Shown piece after piece: positions 1 to 14,104 of a stretch of DNA of 64,000 nucleotides; position 1 is the stretch's first letter; the number at the start of each line of letters is the position of its first letter. The stretch lies in the NCBI RefSeq assembly GCF_009914755.1, contig NC_060939.1. One strand, written 5' to 3'. The DNA is from the human T2T-CHM13v2.0 reference genome, Homo sapiens. The position numbers were made by a program, and so were the translations under genes. The notes under the pieces are model-generated. The model searched no databases. It saw nothing but the letters and a program-made list of their open reading frames with translations, and was not told where the DNA came from.

Positions 1-126
1 TCTTTCCAGAGTCTAGGTGAGACCTGGAGCACCAAAGTGTTAGTTAAATAAAAAATGTACACATGCGTACTCCAGCTTTTAGAGGCTGGACTGTGTTCAC
101 TTTGAACTACTTTAAAATGAGCTCTA

Positions 127-275
127 GGCTGGGTGCAGTGGCTCATGCCAGTAATCCCAGCATTTTGAGAGGCCGAGGCAGGCGGATCACTTGAGGTCAT
201 GAGTTGGAGACCAGCCTGGCCAACATGGAAAAACCCTGTTTCTAGGAAAAATAAAAATAAAATAAAGTAAAATAA
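127..275 (+). mobile_element. Alu left monomer only (FLAM-like or right-arm-deleted Alu)
   Basis: Left arm followed directly by an A-rich tail. TSD aaaatgagctcta (114-126) / aaaataagctcta (269-281). Confidence 0.85.
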
Positions 276-431
276 GCTCTACACATCTTGGAAGAAAGTG
301 AGAAATATCACTATGAATAAATCCTATTAGAAACAGGTCTTTTTATGCACCCTGGCAGGCTGGTTGGCCCGTTCAGACACACCTTGAAATGTGCAAATCG
401 AATACACAGGGTGGCCCTCAGCCTGTAGTAT

Positions 432-596
432 CTTGCTGCTCAAAGCATGGTCCATGCACTAGCACCAGTGGTATTGCCTCAGAGCTTGCTAGAAATGCAG
501 AATCTCAGGCCTTACCATAAAACTGCTGAATCGGAATCTACATTTTAAGAAGATCCCAGCTCATTCATATACATAGTAAATGTCAAGAATCGCTGC
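432..596 (+). mobile_element. MER5A1-like hAT-Charlie MITE
   Basis: ctcaaagcatggtcc...gagcttgctagaaatgcagaatctcaggcc...gaatctacattttaagaagatccc. Confidence 0.75.
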
Positions 597-699
597 TTTA
601 GGGCCCGTTAGAAATACCTGTGGATCCACATCTACTTTGCCAGCCTTACCCTTGCAAATGTTGCTTTGAAAGATTGCCAGGTAGTGCTCAGGCATCTGA

Positions 700-1020
<321 letters not shown>

Positions 1021-1094
1021 TTATTTTGACATGCAGCAAAGATTGAGAATGGCTAGAAATGTGTTTTTCTTATTGCCCTTATTCCTGAAAATAT

Positions 1095-1262
1095 GATACT
1101 TGGACCACCTGTATCTGGTGCTTGCAGAAAGGACTGATTTCCAGGCAATATCTCAGAATATGGAATCAGAATCTTAGAAGTAGGGTAAGGCACTGAAATT
1201 GGTATTTTCCATAAATTTTGTAGGGGATTCCTATGTATACCAAAGTTTAAAAACCTCTGCCC
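1095..1262 (+). mobile_element. MER5-family DNA element
   Basis: ggaatcagaatctt...ggggattcctatgtataccaaagtttaaaaacctctg. Confidence 0.55.
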
Positions 1263-1299
1263 TAGGAAGAGGAATGATGGAGAAGTGATATGAGTGCTC

Positions 1300-1730
1300 C
1301 TGGGTTTTTTGCCTGTCTGGAATTCCTTCACTACCGCCAATACCCCCATTTTGTAACATTATTCTTTTGGAGATCCACTTCTGTTTTCAGTCCACCTGGA
1401 TTAGATACGACCGACCTTTCCTCCTTCCAGAAGTGAGCATGTGATCTAGGCCTTACCAGTGAAAGAATTCCTTCCCCCTGCCCACAGCCATTGCTTAAAG
1501 ATTGAGCACAACTCAGGGTTTATGAATGAGATTGGCACCATTTCTAGAATTATTGGGGGAAGAGATGCTCTTTTTGCTAGATTCCTGAGCAGAAGTCTTG
1601 GGCTGCTGGAGGTCATCTTTGCTAACCTTTGGGGGAACCTGTCAACACAGAAGAGGGCTGAGGCAGATGGAGGTGGCAAGAAGGGCACCCTGCCACTCAC
1701 AAAGCCCTGAGAATGACTTGTGTGGATTCA
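1300..1730 (+). mobile_element. Old MaLR LTR (MLT1K/L-like)
   Basis: gagcatgtgatctaggcc...ttccttccccctgcccacagccattg...gggctgctggaggtcatcttt. Confidence 0.55.
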
Positions 1731-1784
1731 GGCCTTTAAAGCTGACTGCAGCACAACTTGACATTAGGTATTAAATGAAGAATG

Positions 1785-2064
<280 letters not shown>

Positions 2065-2080
2065 TCAGGACTTCTCAGAT

Positions 2081-2393
2081 TATTATTTATTTATTTATTT
2101 ATTTATTTTTAGAGACAGGGTTTCACTCTGTCACCCAGGTTAGAATGCAGTGGCACGATCCTACCTCACTGCGGCCTTGGACTCCTGGGCTCAAGGGATC
2201 CTCCTGCCGCAGTTTCCTGAGTAGCTGGGACTACAGGCACATGCCACCACAGCTGGCTCATTTTTTTTATTTTTGTAGAGACAGGGTTTCACTATGTTGC
2301 CCAGGCTGGTCTGGAACTCCTGGGCTCAAGTAATTGTCCTGCTTTGGCCTCCCAAAGTGCTGGGATTACAGATGTGACCCATGATGTCCGGGC
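2081..2393 (-). mobile_element. AluJ with (TAAA)n tail, inserted in a MER103C remnant (~2010-2440)
   Basis: Reverse Alu with ctcctgggctcaag in both arms. Flanks ggtcaaata...ggacttctcaga|gtccttaatatg resemble MER103C. Confidence 0.9.
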
Positions 2394-2529
2394 TCAGAGT
2401 CCTTAATATGTCAAAGTACATTGTAAGTTTCTAAGATGTTGCATTTAACACGGGTAGATCTAAAAAAAAAAGATATAGCGGGTTATGGTATAGTGTCCCT
2501 TGGGAAAAAAGGGCAGGAAGCATAGGTTA

Positions 2530-2720
2530 AATGGTTTACAAAGTATTTTCACACCTATCATTTTATTTAATGCTTCCAAGAGTTTTTGAGGGGAGCACTT
2601 TTGCCACAGATGAAGAAAATAAGTCTCAAGGAGTTGGGTGAATTGCCTAAGGCTGCCCAGCCAGCTGGCAGCTGCCCTAAATCCCCAGGGGTCAGTGGCA
2701 GAGTAAGATGCGGGAGACTT
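2530..2720 (-). mobile_element. MIR
   Basis: acagatgaagaaaataagtctca...gaattgcctaaggctgcccagc, reverse MIR core. Confidence 0.6.
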
Positions 2721-3369
2721 GGCAGCTCCTGACCCCAGCACTGGTCATTCTGATGTTCCCCTCTGCCGCCCGAGATGGCATTTCCTGGAATGAAAAGGAG
2801 CCAAGGTGGGTTGGTTGGTTGTGAGGATACCACAAGATTACAGTGAATTATGCATGTGTTAACTGATGCTGATGTGGTACAAATAAACTCATGCCCCCTC
2901 TCTTTTAGGTGGTTCTTCAAAAAGTCTTTGCAGAGACCATTACTGTTGGAAATTAGAAGCAAGAAAGGAGTTGCCCCAAAAACAATACAAGGGAGTTCTA
3001 ACCTTTGTTTCCAATTTAATGAAGGCTCCCCTGAGATTAAAGAAACGTAGGTGCATAGGCTTGGAGAAGCTCCTCTCTCCAGACAACGTTATTCCCATCC
3101 CCTGGTGTTCCCACCTCCTGTTGCTATGCTAGTATAAGCTGACACTCTTGGGGAATGATTTTAAAAAAAACAATTTGGAAGTTTTAGCCAACTCAAACTT
3201 AAGAATGTCCTCAGATTCATAATGTGCTGAGGCTAGATTTATCTATCAGTTCATGAAACATTCAAAATTATAAAACCAGAAAGTAAAACAGTGTTTTTTG
3301 ATCTAAACCTCATGTTCCTTCTTCTATATATACCACATGAGAAGAATTTACAGAGAAAAGACAAGGTTG

Positions 3370-3560
3370 AAATACCGGCTTCACTGAGATTTAGCTGCAT
3401 GATTTTAGGCAAGACAAAAAACCACCTCTCTTGAGCGGTTTCCTCAGCTATAAAATGGAGGAAATGATGTCTATTCTGCAGGAGTGTTGTAGGGATGAAA
3501 TGACACAAGTTATGTGGACTGCACTTTGAAAATTCTAACACGAAAAGCAAATGTTACTTA
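3370..3560 (+). mobile_element. MIR, followed by a degenerate (TAC)n tract to ~3650
   Basis: gctgcatgattttaggcaag...gtttcctcagctataaaatggag...gttgtagggatgaaatga. Confidence 0.7.
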
Positions 3561-5944
3561 CAATACTTGACCAAGTATTACTACGGCCACTACTACCTGC
3601 TACTCACTGTTACTACTTTTACTACTACTACTATTCTACAAATAATAATAATCTCACAGTAGAAATAAATAGTGGAGTATTAAACTGAGAGAAAGCAACA
3701 AAGAGAGAGATGATAACATTGAATCTCTTTCCCCTTTGTGTTGTCCCTCATCCAGATCTTGGAATAACAAAGTAATGTCTTTCTTAACTAAGACTTGATT
3801 TAGGAAAATGACAACAGACATTTCCAAAGTGTTTCATCATTGACAGAGTGAGTTCATGCCCATTATGTTGTTTCGTGAATTCACACAGTGTTTCTAACTA
3901 TGCCTCCTGTGCCAAGCCCCGGGTTAAGGACCCGTGGGTCCTTTCATCATCAAACACTCCCACAGTGAAAAAGGAGTGTGAGGCAGATCTCTGCCAGGCA
4001 TCGGCCCTTAACACGGCAGGAGCTTGCCTTCATGTCTAAGCCCAGCACAGAACTGCTCAGTAAAATCATTTGTTTTGAAAAGAGTACTTTTACAAGCTAA
4101 AAGTACTGTCAGGGGACAATCCTGGTTCACATATTTTCCCCCATTTTCTCACCACGGGCCACACTTTTAGGCTGAAAACACAGCATAATTTTCATCACTT
4201 TGAGATTTCTTATATTTTTACAAATCTAATGTGGTATTAGCATCTACCTTTCAGCTCTGAGAGTCAAGATGCAGATACAGGCTCTAAGATGAACTTAGCA
4301 ATTTTGTTCAATCAACATTTATTGAGTGCCCTTGAATGTGAGGCAAATTGTGAAGTGCCACGGCCTTTGCCACTTAGGTCAACAACCAAGTTTGGCCACA
4401 CAGGTGCTGGAACACAGCCAAGTGAAGGAGCCTTCTTTGCTGGAGATAACATACAACCTAAAGGGAAACTTCAGTCCTTGTTATTACACGTCTTTCTTTT
4501 CTGCTGGGCCATGTGCACAGAGAAACACAGGAATCTTTTTTATTTTAATTGTGAAACATTCCAGCTAAAAAACATCCTCATGGCTGGCATGTTTAATTGC
4601 GCTCCTGAGAGGCTGTGTCGGTGAGACTTCAGGATGAATCACCCGCAGTCCCATTGGTCTCACCAAGAACCCATTGATGTTTCATAAATCCAAGTCGGTA
4701 CGAATCTAATTGAGTTACCATGCTGAATTAGCTCACATCTAAATGGCATTCATGTCTACAAATGGAATAATTAGAGTCTAGAAAATGGGATATATCAAGT
4801 GGCATCCCAAGTGATAACAGAGAGGCATTTGTATTCATTCAATCAACTGCTTTAAAAAAAAAAAAAAAGCTGCTATAAGACTTGACTTAGGCCGATGATT
4901 AGATGCAGTGTTTGGGCATTTGGTTTCTTTCTTAATATTTATATTTACCTCCAAGAGTTTCCTTTACTCATTCTTCAGATATATGAAGAGAAAGGTCAGG
5001 CCTGAAGTTATTTTTGACCACATGGTTTCAGAAACCAAAAAAAGAAAAGGAGGAGGGGACAGTCTCATTTCAACCTACAGATTTGTTTGTTTTTGTCGAT
5101 TGGAAATGGCTTCCTTATTTTATTCCTTTTGAGCTTCATTTTTTTTTCTTCTACATTTGCTTCTAAGTACACTGGCTAAGATGAATTCACACCCTGGGAG
5201 GCATATGGATTTGGACGTGAATGCCAGACCATCCTCTCTTTGAGAAGTACCTAAGTACCCAATCATAAAAAGTAAAGCTTACTCTTTGGTCCAGAAAGGA
5301 TCTCATTAAATGGCTTTATTTCCAAGTTACTTTAGTTCTGAAATTTTAGGATATCTGAATTTAATGCTCCTTCGATTAACAGTTCAACTCAGCAAATATT
5401 ACAGAACAGGAAGAAGGCATTTTGACTAGGCAGGCTAATGGCCTCCTTCTAATTCACACAGTAGTCTTCAATCTAATTTACATGCTTAGTTTATTTATTA
5501 CCCCAATTAAGTTTTGCAAATAGTTTGCAATGAGGTCCCCATGACCTCATAACTCACAATTACTCTTGGGATCTCCTGCCCACTTTGGCATGTTTTGAAT
5601 AATACTGCAATATCTTCCAGGAAAAGATTGTACTTAGGAAATGATGGATGGTGACTGTGAGCACCTTGTCCATAAAAGACAGAATCTGAAATGTTTCTTG
5701 GACATTGGATTTTGGATTTTGGATTATCAATGCTCCCTGTGGCCACTCTTTTTCTCATAATCGCAGCTTCCCAAGTCTGTTGACTTTCTCATCAAAGACG
5801 AGGATGCTTTTGTGTTAGTAGTCTGTATCTGCTGTAAGGCCAGCTGTACATACACATCTGTGCATAGTATTATTTGATGGGGGCCACAAGACCTTATATC
5901 TATGACCCTATTCCAACTCAACAATTTACTCTAATTAGTCCATT

Positions 5945-6152
5945 AAAATTTGAACTGGTGAAATCCAAATTAAGTCTGTAGTTTAATATTATTATACCAA
6001 TGTCAATTTCTTAGTTTTGACAAATGTACTATGGTTGTATAAGATGTTAACATTTAGGAGAAGCGGGGTAAGAGGTATACAGGAACTCTCTGTACTATTT
6101 TTGTAAATTTTCTGTAAATAGAAAATTATTTCGGAAGAAAAAGTTTAAAAAT
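5945..6152 (+). mobile_element. L1ME/L1MD 3' end
   Basis: ccaatgtcaatttcttagttttgacaaatgtactatggtt...ggaactctctgtactatttttg. Confidence 0.8.
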
Positions 6153-6294
6153 ATCTTTGTATCTGCAATTAATCCCAAATGTTAATTATGTCTTTACAAG
6201 ACCTTTTCTTTTAAAGTCTATTCAAGCACGGACCAAATGAAGACATTTGTTTGGGGTGGAAAGATTTGTGTGTGTAGAGGGGTGAGATAGGAAG

Positions 6295-6427
6295 AGGACC
6301 TGGTATGAGTCCCAGCTCTGACACGCACCAGCTGGGAACCTTAGGCAAGCCCTTTACTCTCTTTATGTCCCAATTTCCTCATCTGAATGGAGGTGTTATC
6401 AATAAGGTCATCATTTTAGGGCTCAGT
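6295..6427 (+). mobile_element. MIR (interrupted by L1PA)
   Basis: gagtcccagctctg...ccttaggcaag...tttcctcatctg. Confidence 0.7.
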
Positions 6428-6439
6428 AAGAAACAAATG

Positions 6440-7005
6440 TATGCTATTTCTGAGGCCTCTGTTATGTTACATTGGTCTATGTATCTGTTTTGGTACCAAT
6501 ACCATGCTGTTTTGGTTACTATAGCCTTGTAGTATAGTTTGAAGTCAGGTAGCGTGATGCCTCCAGCTTTGTTCTTTTTGCCTAAGATTGTCTTGGCTAT
6601 AAAGGCTCTTTGGTTCCATATGAAATTTAAAACAGTTTACACCATGGAATACTAGGAAGTCATAAAAAAAGAATGAATTCATGTCCTTTGCAGGGACTTG
6701 ATGAAGCCGGAAACCGTCATCCTCAGCAAACTAACACAGGAACAGAAAACCAAACACCGCATGTTCTCAGTCATAAGTGGGAGTTGAACAATGAGAACAC
6801 ATGGACACAGGAAGGGGGAACATCACAACCGGGGCCTGTTGGGGAATAGGGAGAAAGGGGAGGGAAAGCATTAGGACAAACGCATGAGGGGCTTAAAACC
6901 TAGATGACGGGTTGATAGGTGCAGCAAACCACCATAGCACATGTATACCTATGTAGCAAAGCTGCACGTTCAGCACGTGTATCCCAGAACTTAAAGTAAA
7001 ATTAA
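6440..7005 (+). mobile_element. 5'-truncated, 5'-inverted L1PA (L1PA8-10-like)
   Basis: Antisense ORF2 segment (~6444-6638) fused to a sense 3' end (6639-7005). TSD aagaaacaaatg at 6428-6439 and 7006-7017. Confidence 0.9.
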
Positions 7006-7149
7006 AAGAAACAAATGGGAAAATAATGATTATGTTTTGGGAAGCTAAAAAATTGTACACATTTTTTAAAACACCTCTGATGGAGAGAGATGTCAAGGGT
7101 AAAATAAAGTTGGGGAGTGATCAACAATGTACAATAGAAATCATGGAAA

Positions 7150-7310
7150 GAAAGATCTAGAAGAGACTTTGTGATTAATGAGTCCTATCTACCTTTACAG
7201 ATGAGAAAACAATATTGCAAAAAGACTAAGTGACTTTTCCAAGGGTCACGTTACTGGTCAGAAAAAGAATTCGCATCTTCTGATATCCAAGCCAGTGAGC
7301 TTTCCACTGG
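7150..7310 (-). mobile_element. MIR/MIR3
   Basis: tttacagatgagaaaac...aagtgacttttccaagggtcac. Confidence 0.6.
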
Positions 7311-7560
7311 GCTGTGGTGTTTCCCAACGTTGTGTTTAAAACTGGCCCAAACAAGGGGCAAGCAAAGTGATCTGCTGGGTGTTTCCTTCCAGTTTTGACT
7401 TGAAAAGCACCCCCTGTCACTCCTAATATTTTATTAGTATGTAGCTATAATGAATTTCTAAACAAAAAGCCTTACCTATTAAGGATGGTCTAGTTATTAA
7501 TGTAGAGAAAACTTATTAAAATAAATGCAATTGGAGTACTATGTAAAATTCAAAAAGCCT

Positions 7561-8115
<555 letters not shown>

Positions 8116-8912
8116 TATATCTATATAAACTCTTAGGAAAGCTTTCAAAAGCTCATGTCAGTCTTCCTCAAGGTCTCAAGGAAAGAGGATTTCTCTCTGC
8201 TTCTTTTCACACCTGAAATCATGCAATATTAAAGGACAAATTAATCCATTTCACTGCAAGTTGGGCTAATACATTGACTACCCTGCATAAGTTAGACCCC
8301 AAAAGAACACTCAGAAAAGAATCACCCCAACTTCCAGGTTAGTTGAGACTGCACTCTTAATGTTAAATATTCCCACTGTAAGTTACTATAAATTTCATTA
8401 ACTGGTTACATGCTTCTTATTCTAGTCTACGGGTATGTCCATTTATCTCCATATTGTAAATTACCTTGTGCTATTTACCTAGTTTATGTTAACATCTCAT
8501 TGGTAATTCAGTCCTTGAGTGGGTACTTTCTGAAATAATGAAATAATCAAATGCAAATTGGCTTAACATTTTAAATGCTGTACCCAACAAAAGGGCGGAG
8601 TATGGAAAAGTGACCTGGATGAAATCTTAAATAGGCTTTAATTCTAAACTGGGGCGGGGCAGGTAAGAGGAGTTTGCATCTAAACGAAATACATTTATTC
8701 TTTACCTGGACTCTCTGCATGGGAAGACAGATGTGGGAACACTGGCTCAATCCACTCAGCTTTTGAGAGAAAAGTTTTCCCAGGAACTATGATCCAGTTT
8801 TGGGGAAAAGGCCATCTTGGCTGACAATAATTGAGAGAGTTCTGGTACAGTTTTGTGTAACTACTAAGTTCTGGATTCATTTATTCAAGCCATTTATTCA
8901 TCTGAAAAATAG

Positions 8913-9427
<515 letters not shown>

Positions 9428-10164
9428 TGAACCTTAATTCAAGTGGCTTAATTAAAAAAAAAAAGTGTTACATGATGAGGAAATCCTGAGTTGGGCAGCT
9501 CCATCAGCAGCTGCTCAGTGTAGTCACAAAGTGCACAGGTCCCTTCCATCTCTTCCCATTGCCTTCAAGTTGATTTAGGATGCATTTCCGAAAGATGGAC
9601 TAGGAGTGGGGTTATAGTTGATAAGTCATTACTTAATGTCATTGCATCCCGTTAGGAGGAAGAGGTATGTAGAGAAGGGTTTAGAAGAATCATAGAAAAT
9701 TTCAAAAACAAGAATCCTGGTCATTGTTGTCCATGCCTATGTCCATGAAGCCTTCTGTGAAAAGGCTATCCTTACAGTGGGAAGAGGGCCTCATGCTATC
9801 TTAACTGAGAAGTTCTCCCTAATATCGACAAGCATCTGATAATTGGGCCTGTGTTAGCTTTTCCTACAGGAAATGAACGCACTGGGCAGGTCTGTGTGAG
9901 CATGCGGACCTCTAGACAAGTATCCTTCCCATTGTAAAGTATTAAATCAACTTCCTGAGAGTGTAACAGACACTAGGATTCCTGCTGTGTGTATCTAGGA
10001 GAGGAGAGCTATGTACTGGTACACACACCTGAATGCCTATAAATATATATATTTCAGTTACTGTCATTTTGCCCTGAAAAGATAGATCCACTCCAGGTCA
10101 GTGGACAAAATCCAAACATGCAGTCTCAGACCATGGTAAGTTCACGGAAGCAACTGTCACCTGC

Positions 10165-10214
10165 ACACAGTCTCTCAGAAACAAGTCTCTCAAAAACACA
10201 GTCTCTCAAAAACA
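10165..10214. repeat. Short tandem repeat, 3 x ~16 bp (acacagtctctcaRaa)
   Basis: acacagtctctcagaa / acaagtctctcaaaa / acacagtctctcaaaa. Confidence 0.8.
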
Positions 10215-11664
10215 AATGTGATCATTTGTTTTTGTCTTCTATAATTAGGAATTCTGCAGATCATCAGTTGGTAATTAACAGAAATATTCTGATGATTTTT
10301 GCTAAGGCAAGAAAACTCTTCAATTTTTATGCTAAATTCCTTCAACTGATTCAACTTGACAAAATCTCCAAAGCTTGGCATCATGAAACCTCACTCGAGA
10401 AGTTCTAGCCTATAATTTTTATTTGTTTTTACTACTTTTAAGTTTTGGAAGAAAGAGGACAATCTGAGTTTCATTTTTAAAGCTGTTTCTCTGGGATCTA
10501 TAAAGACTCAGTTCAACCCCCTGCACCTTCTCCATCTTCACCCACCAGATTCTGTGATGCTAGTTCACATCCAGACTGGGGAGCTGGCAGCTTGCAAACG
10601 TCTGTGAGCATAAAGAAAAAATTCAAATACTTTCACAAGACTAATATGAAAAAAATAATCTAAGAAGCATTTCAACAAGAATTGCAACCAAAAGTGTTTC
10701 TGATTAACTTTCAGGCAGCTTGTCAAAGCCCTGAGTGACCTGTTTCTAACGTAAAGCTGTTTGTGTAGCCACGCTATTGTTCTTGCACCAGATGGAAACT
10801 CTTCAGAAGGGCCTTCCCTTTCCAGGAGCTCTGTCTTTATTAAAACACAGTCTGTGGTCCTAATTTGTTCATATTTGCACTCTCTAGCCCCTGGCACACA
10901 GGGGGGTACTACTTATCAAATGGCAATGAATAGTCATTGCTAAAGGTTGTGGGATTTCCTGTAGGGATAAGGTGTTTCTTGCTATGAACCCACAACATGC
11001 AGGAAACCAAATGTCAAGACAGGTTCATTGATTAATTGAGAAAATTAACTTTTTCCCCCAATTTTTAAAGTGGAAGCAACACTGAAAATAACATGAAAAG
11101 AGCTGAAACATTGAAAATAACTGAAACACTGGAAATAACATGCCTACATCTCCTCCAGCATGGCTACAAAAGGAAATTGCTTGCATCCCTTTAAATTTTG
11201 CATAAAAATCAACATCTCTCTCCTAGACCTAACTGTGTCTTTAGACAAAACCCAAAGCCTCTCTTGTATTATTGTAAATAACATCTCATAAATCCAAAGC
11301 TAAGGCAAAACAGCAGAAAGCTCAGTGATATTTAAATCAGCAAAATGTAGACCACATGCTCAGCCACATTCACATTTTGTTAAAATTATATGCTTTAAAA
11401 ACCAATTAGTAGAATGCATTATGTATGGACATAAATAATCTGTTACTAACACACCTGCATGAGAAGACCATGAGAAAAGCCACTGATAAGGACCCATCAG
11501 TAGGAGCCATTACTGCATCAGTTGTTGCCGAGGCTACCTGCTCAGGCATTGCTACTGAAAGTGGGTCAGATTTCATCATCAGGGAATGTAATGACAGCTT
11601 GGTCTCCATATCCCATCCTGAAGCATCAAAATCTAACTGTTCAACAGTCTGCTTCAATGTATGT

Positions 11665-11935
11665 GCTTGTTGCTCAAAGTGTGGTCCAAGAACCAGCAGC
11701 ATCAACATCACCTGGGAGCTTGATAGACAGGCAGAATCTTAGCACACATGCATACTCATATGCAGAGAGGCGCGCGCGCACACACACACACACTCGCATG
11801 AACACACACCTCCCATACTGTGCTTCCACTGCAACCCCAACTACCACTTCCACCCACATCATCGTAAATTATAACCTGCCTTTTAGCAAGATCCTCAGGT
11901 GTTTCATATGCACATTAAAGTTTGACAGGCACTGG
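11665..11935 (+). mobile_element. MER5A1 split by a ~130-bp CA/CG-rich insert
   Basis: ctcaaagtgtggtccaagaaccagcagcatcaacatcacctgggagcttg...[insert]...ttttagcaagatcctcaggtgtttcatatgcacattaaagtttga. Confidence 0.85.
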
Positions 11936-13465
11936 TGTTTATCACTCTAAACGTAAATAATTTTTCTTCAGCATCTCTTATTTTACTGGTTGCACCACAA
12001 AATGCACATAACCCAAGTGATTGTTTATCAGTATACAAAACACAGAGAGAGGAAATTTTCCCCAAGGAGGAACAGACTGAATAGTATTAACAGTGCTTTA
12101 AACTGTAATGAATTCCCAGTCTAATTCACGATGAGGTTTCAATTTATACCACATTTAGAGTACTACAGGTTCAAGTAATCACTGCAGTAATTAGCTTACT
12201 TCCAGTCCTCCAAAATAAACCCACTAATTTTTGCAATCAGCCTTCATTTGGTTAATCACCAGTTTAATTGATTTAATTAGTTTGATCTGCAAAATTAGTC
12301 AAGTGTAAATACTGTTTTGTAAACAGAGTTTAGCTCCAAGCTGTAAGATAGGGAATTCTAATTCAAACCTAGAGTTAATAACAAACCCACACATACAGAA
12401 TTTTGTCGTGGAGTACAGCAGTTGCAAGTTTTTAAGAGGAAGGCCTGTGGATGTTCTGGTGAATTGGAATTGTGCTGTTGTAATTACAGTATTGTCTAAG
12501 CTAAGATATCTCTTCTTATCAACCAGCTCTAACACTATACAGTAATTGTGTTTCGAAGATTAAAAGGAATTCTTTGTCATTTTTCTTTTCAAATGATCTG
12601 GCTCAAATAACCCTAATGTTGAGAGAATTGTCCAGATTTGAATTTCAAATTATTTTTAGTGTTTTCAGTCTTGCCCACTAAAGGATATTTTAAACATTTC
12701 CTAAAACAAACGTTTTTGATTTTTTGAAGAGAACATGTCTACTTACATTACATTAACAAGATGTAGTACACACCGTGTGATGTAAAATACATCTTTACTT
12801 TTTACTAGGTTTTTGATAACAATAAATTTGACAAGCTAAAAGTTCCTTTTAAACCCCTCCCAGATGAATTCATTCTAAGTGCTAAATTCATTAGATTCTC
12901 TGTAGAATAAGACAGTCTTTCCATTTAAAGTCTCTGCCTGGAATATTGTAAATGAGTGGGGAATTAAGCAGGCAGGTACTTGTTTATAGACTGTATTTTC
13001 CAGATTGCTTCTCATTACTGAGCCACTGTTAGTGCTGTCTCCTTGGAATTTTCTACACCTTTGCGCTTGATCTCTTCTTTAAAATACTTAATTATTACTT
13101 GGATACTTTGGGATTCCTTTAGTTGTGCTACTAAGTGAAATATTTAACCTGGATTAAAAAGTATATTGGAAGAGTGGTGCCGCAAATATTTATCAAATTG
13201 TAATTAAGAAGGCAAAATAACCAAACTGGACCACCTACAATTTTTACAATGCAGTGAATGCCGTAACAGAGGCTGAGAACGGGGCATGGAAGCATGTAAA
13301 TTTATGCCCTGTTAACTTCCATTAACATTTTAAAAAATCTGTTTATCAGTTTAGAAAAAGGGTGTGGTCTTTTTTGTTCCAGAGAAAATGTTGAATTTAT
13401 CTGTAAACTATACATTTATCTTGTCTACAACCCTCATGGTGCTTCAGCAATGCTTTCTTCTAGCT

Positions 13466-13764
13466 CAGGATTTTTCTAGGATGAGTCAGATAGTAAATAT
13501 TTTCGGCTTTGCAGACCATAACATCTCATCACAATTTCTGAACTCTGCAGGCAGTCAAGATGGAAATGAATGGTGTGGTTATATTCCAATAAAACCGTAT
13601 TGATGGATACTGACGTTTTAATTCCATGTGATTTTCTCATATCACAAAATATTAGTCTTCTTTTGATTTTTTTCAACCGCTTAAAAAGGTTAAAATCATT
13701 CTTAACTCATAGGCTATACAAAAGTGGGGCAGCCAGATTGTCCCATAGTTTCCCCTCCCCTTGC
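13466..13764 (+). mobile_element. MER58B-like hAT-Charlie
   Basis: cagatagtaaatattttcggctttgcag...ttccaataaaac...cacaaaatattagtcttcttttgatttttttcaacc. Confidence 0.8.
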
Positions 13765-13811
13765 TAGCTGTTATAGGTCAGGTGGCTACTGAGTGTTCAT
13801 AGAGACATTTC

Positions 13812-14104
13812 TGCCAGGCACAGTAGCTCATTCCTGTAATCCTACCACCTAGGGAGACCAAGGAGCAAGGACTACTTGAGGCTAGGAATTCAAGACCAGT
13901 CTGGCCAACGTGGTGAACCCCCCGGCTCTACTAAAGATAAAAAAAAATTACAAGTGGTGGTGCACACTTGTAATCCCCGCTACTCAGGAGGCGGAGACAC
14001 GAGAATCACTTGAACCCAGGAGGCAGAGGTTATAGTGAGCCAAGATCACACCACTGCACTCCGGTCTGGGCAACAAAACGCGACTGTCTCAAAAAAAAAA
14101 AAAA
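13812..14104 (+). mobile_element. Alu (J-like left arm, S-like right arm)
   Basis: Full dimer with A tail; no TSD found. Confidence 0.88.

Noticed and set aside
11077-11142. Three imperfect aacactgaaaataac units, and similar short duplications at 22498-22534, 48055-48087 and 62769-62810
   Set aside because: Ordinary slippage duplications with no spacer structure; not CRISPR-like or functional on present evidence.
11406-11742. Overlapping ~100-aa ORFs on both strands, with a possible minus-strand exon at 11617-11455
   Set aside because: No recognisable protein similarity, weak splice sites, and part of it lies in MER5A1.
13812-14104. Alu as a J/S recombination chimera
   Set aside because: The left arm is too diverged to assign by eye, and transitional Sz-type subfamilies could explain it.
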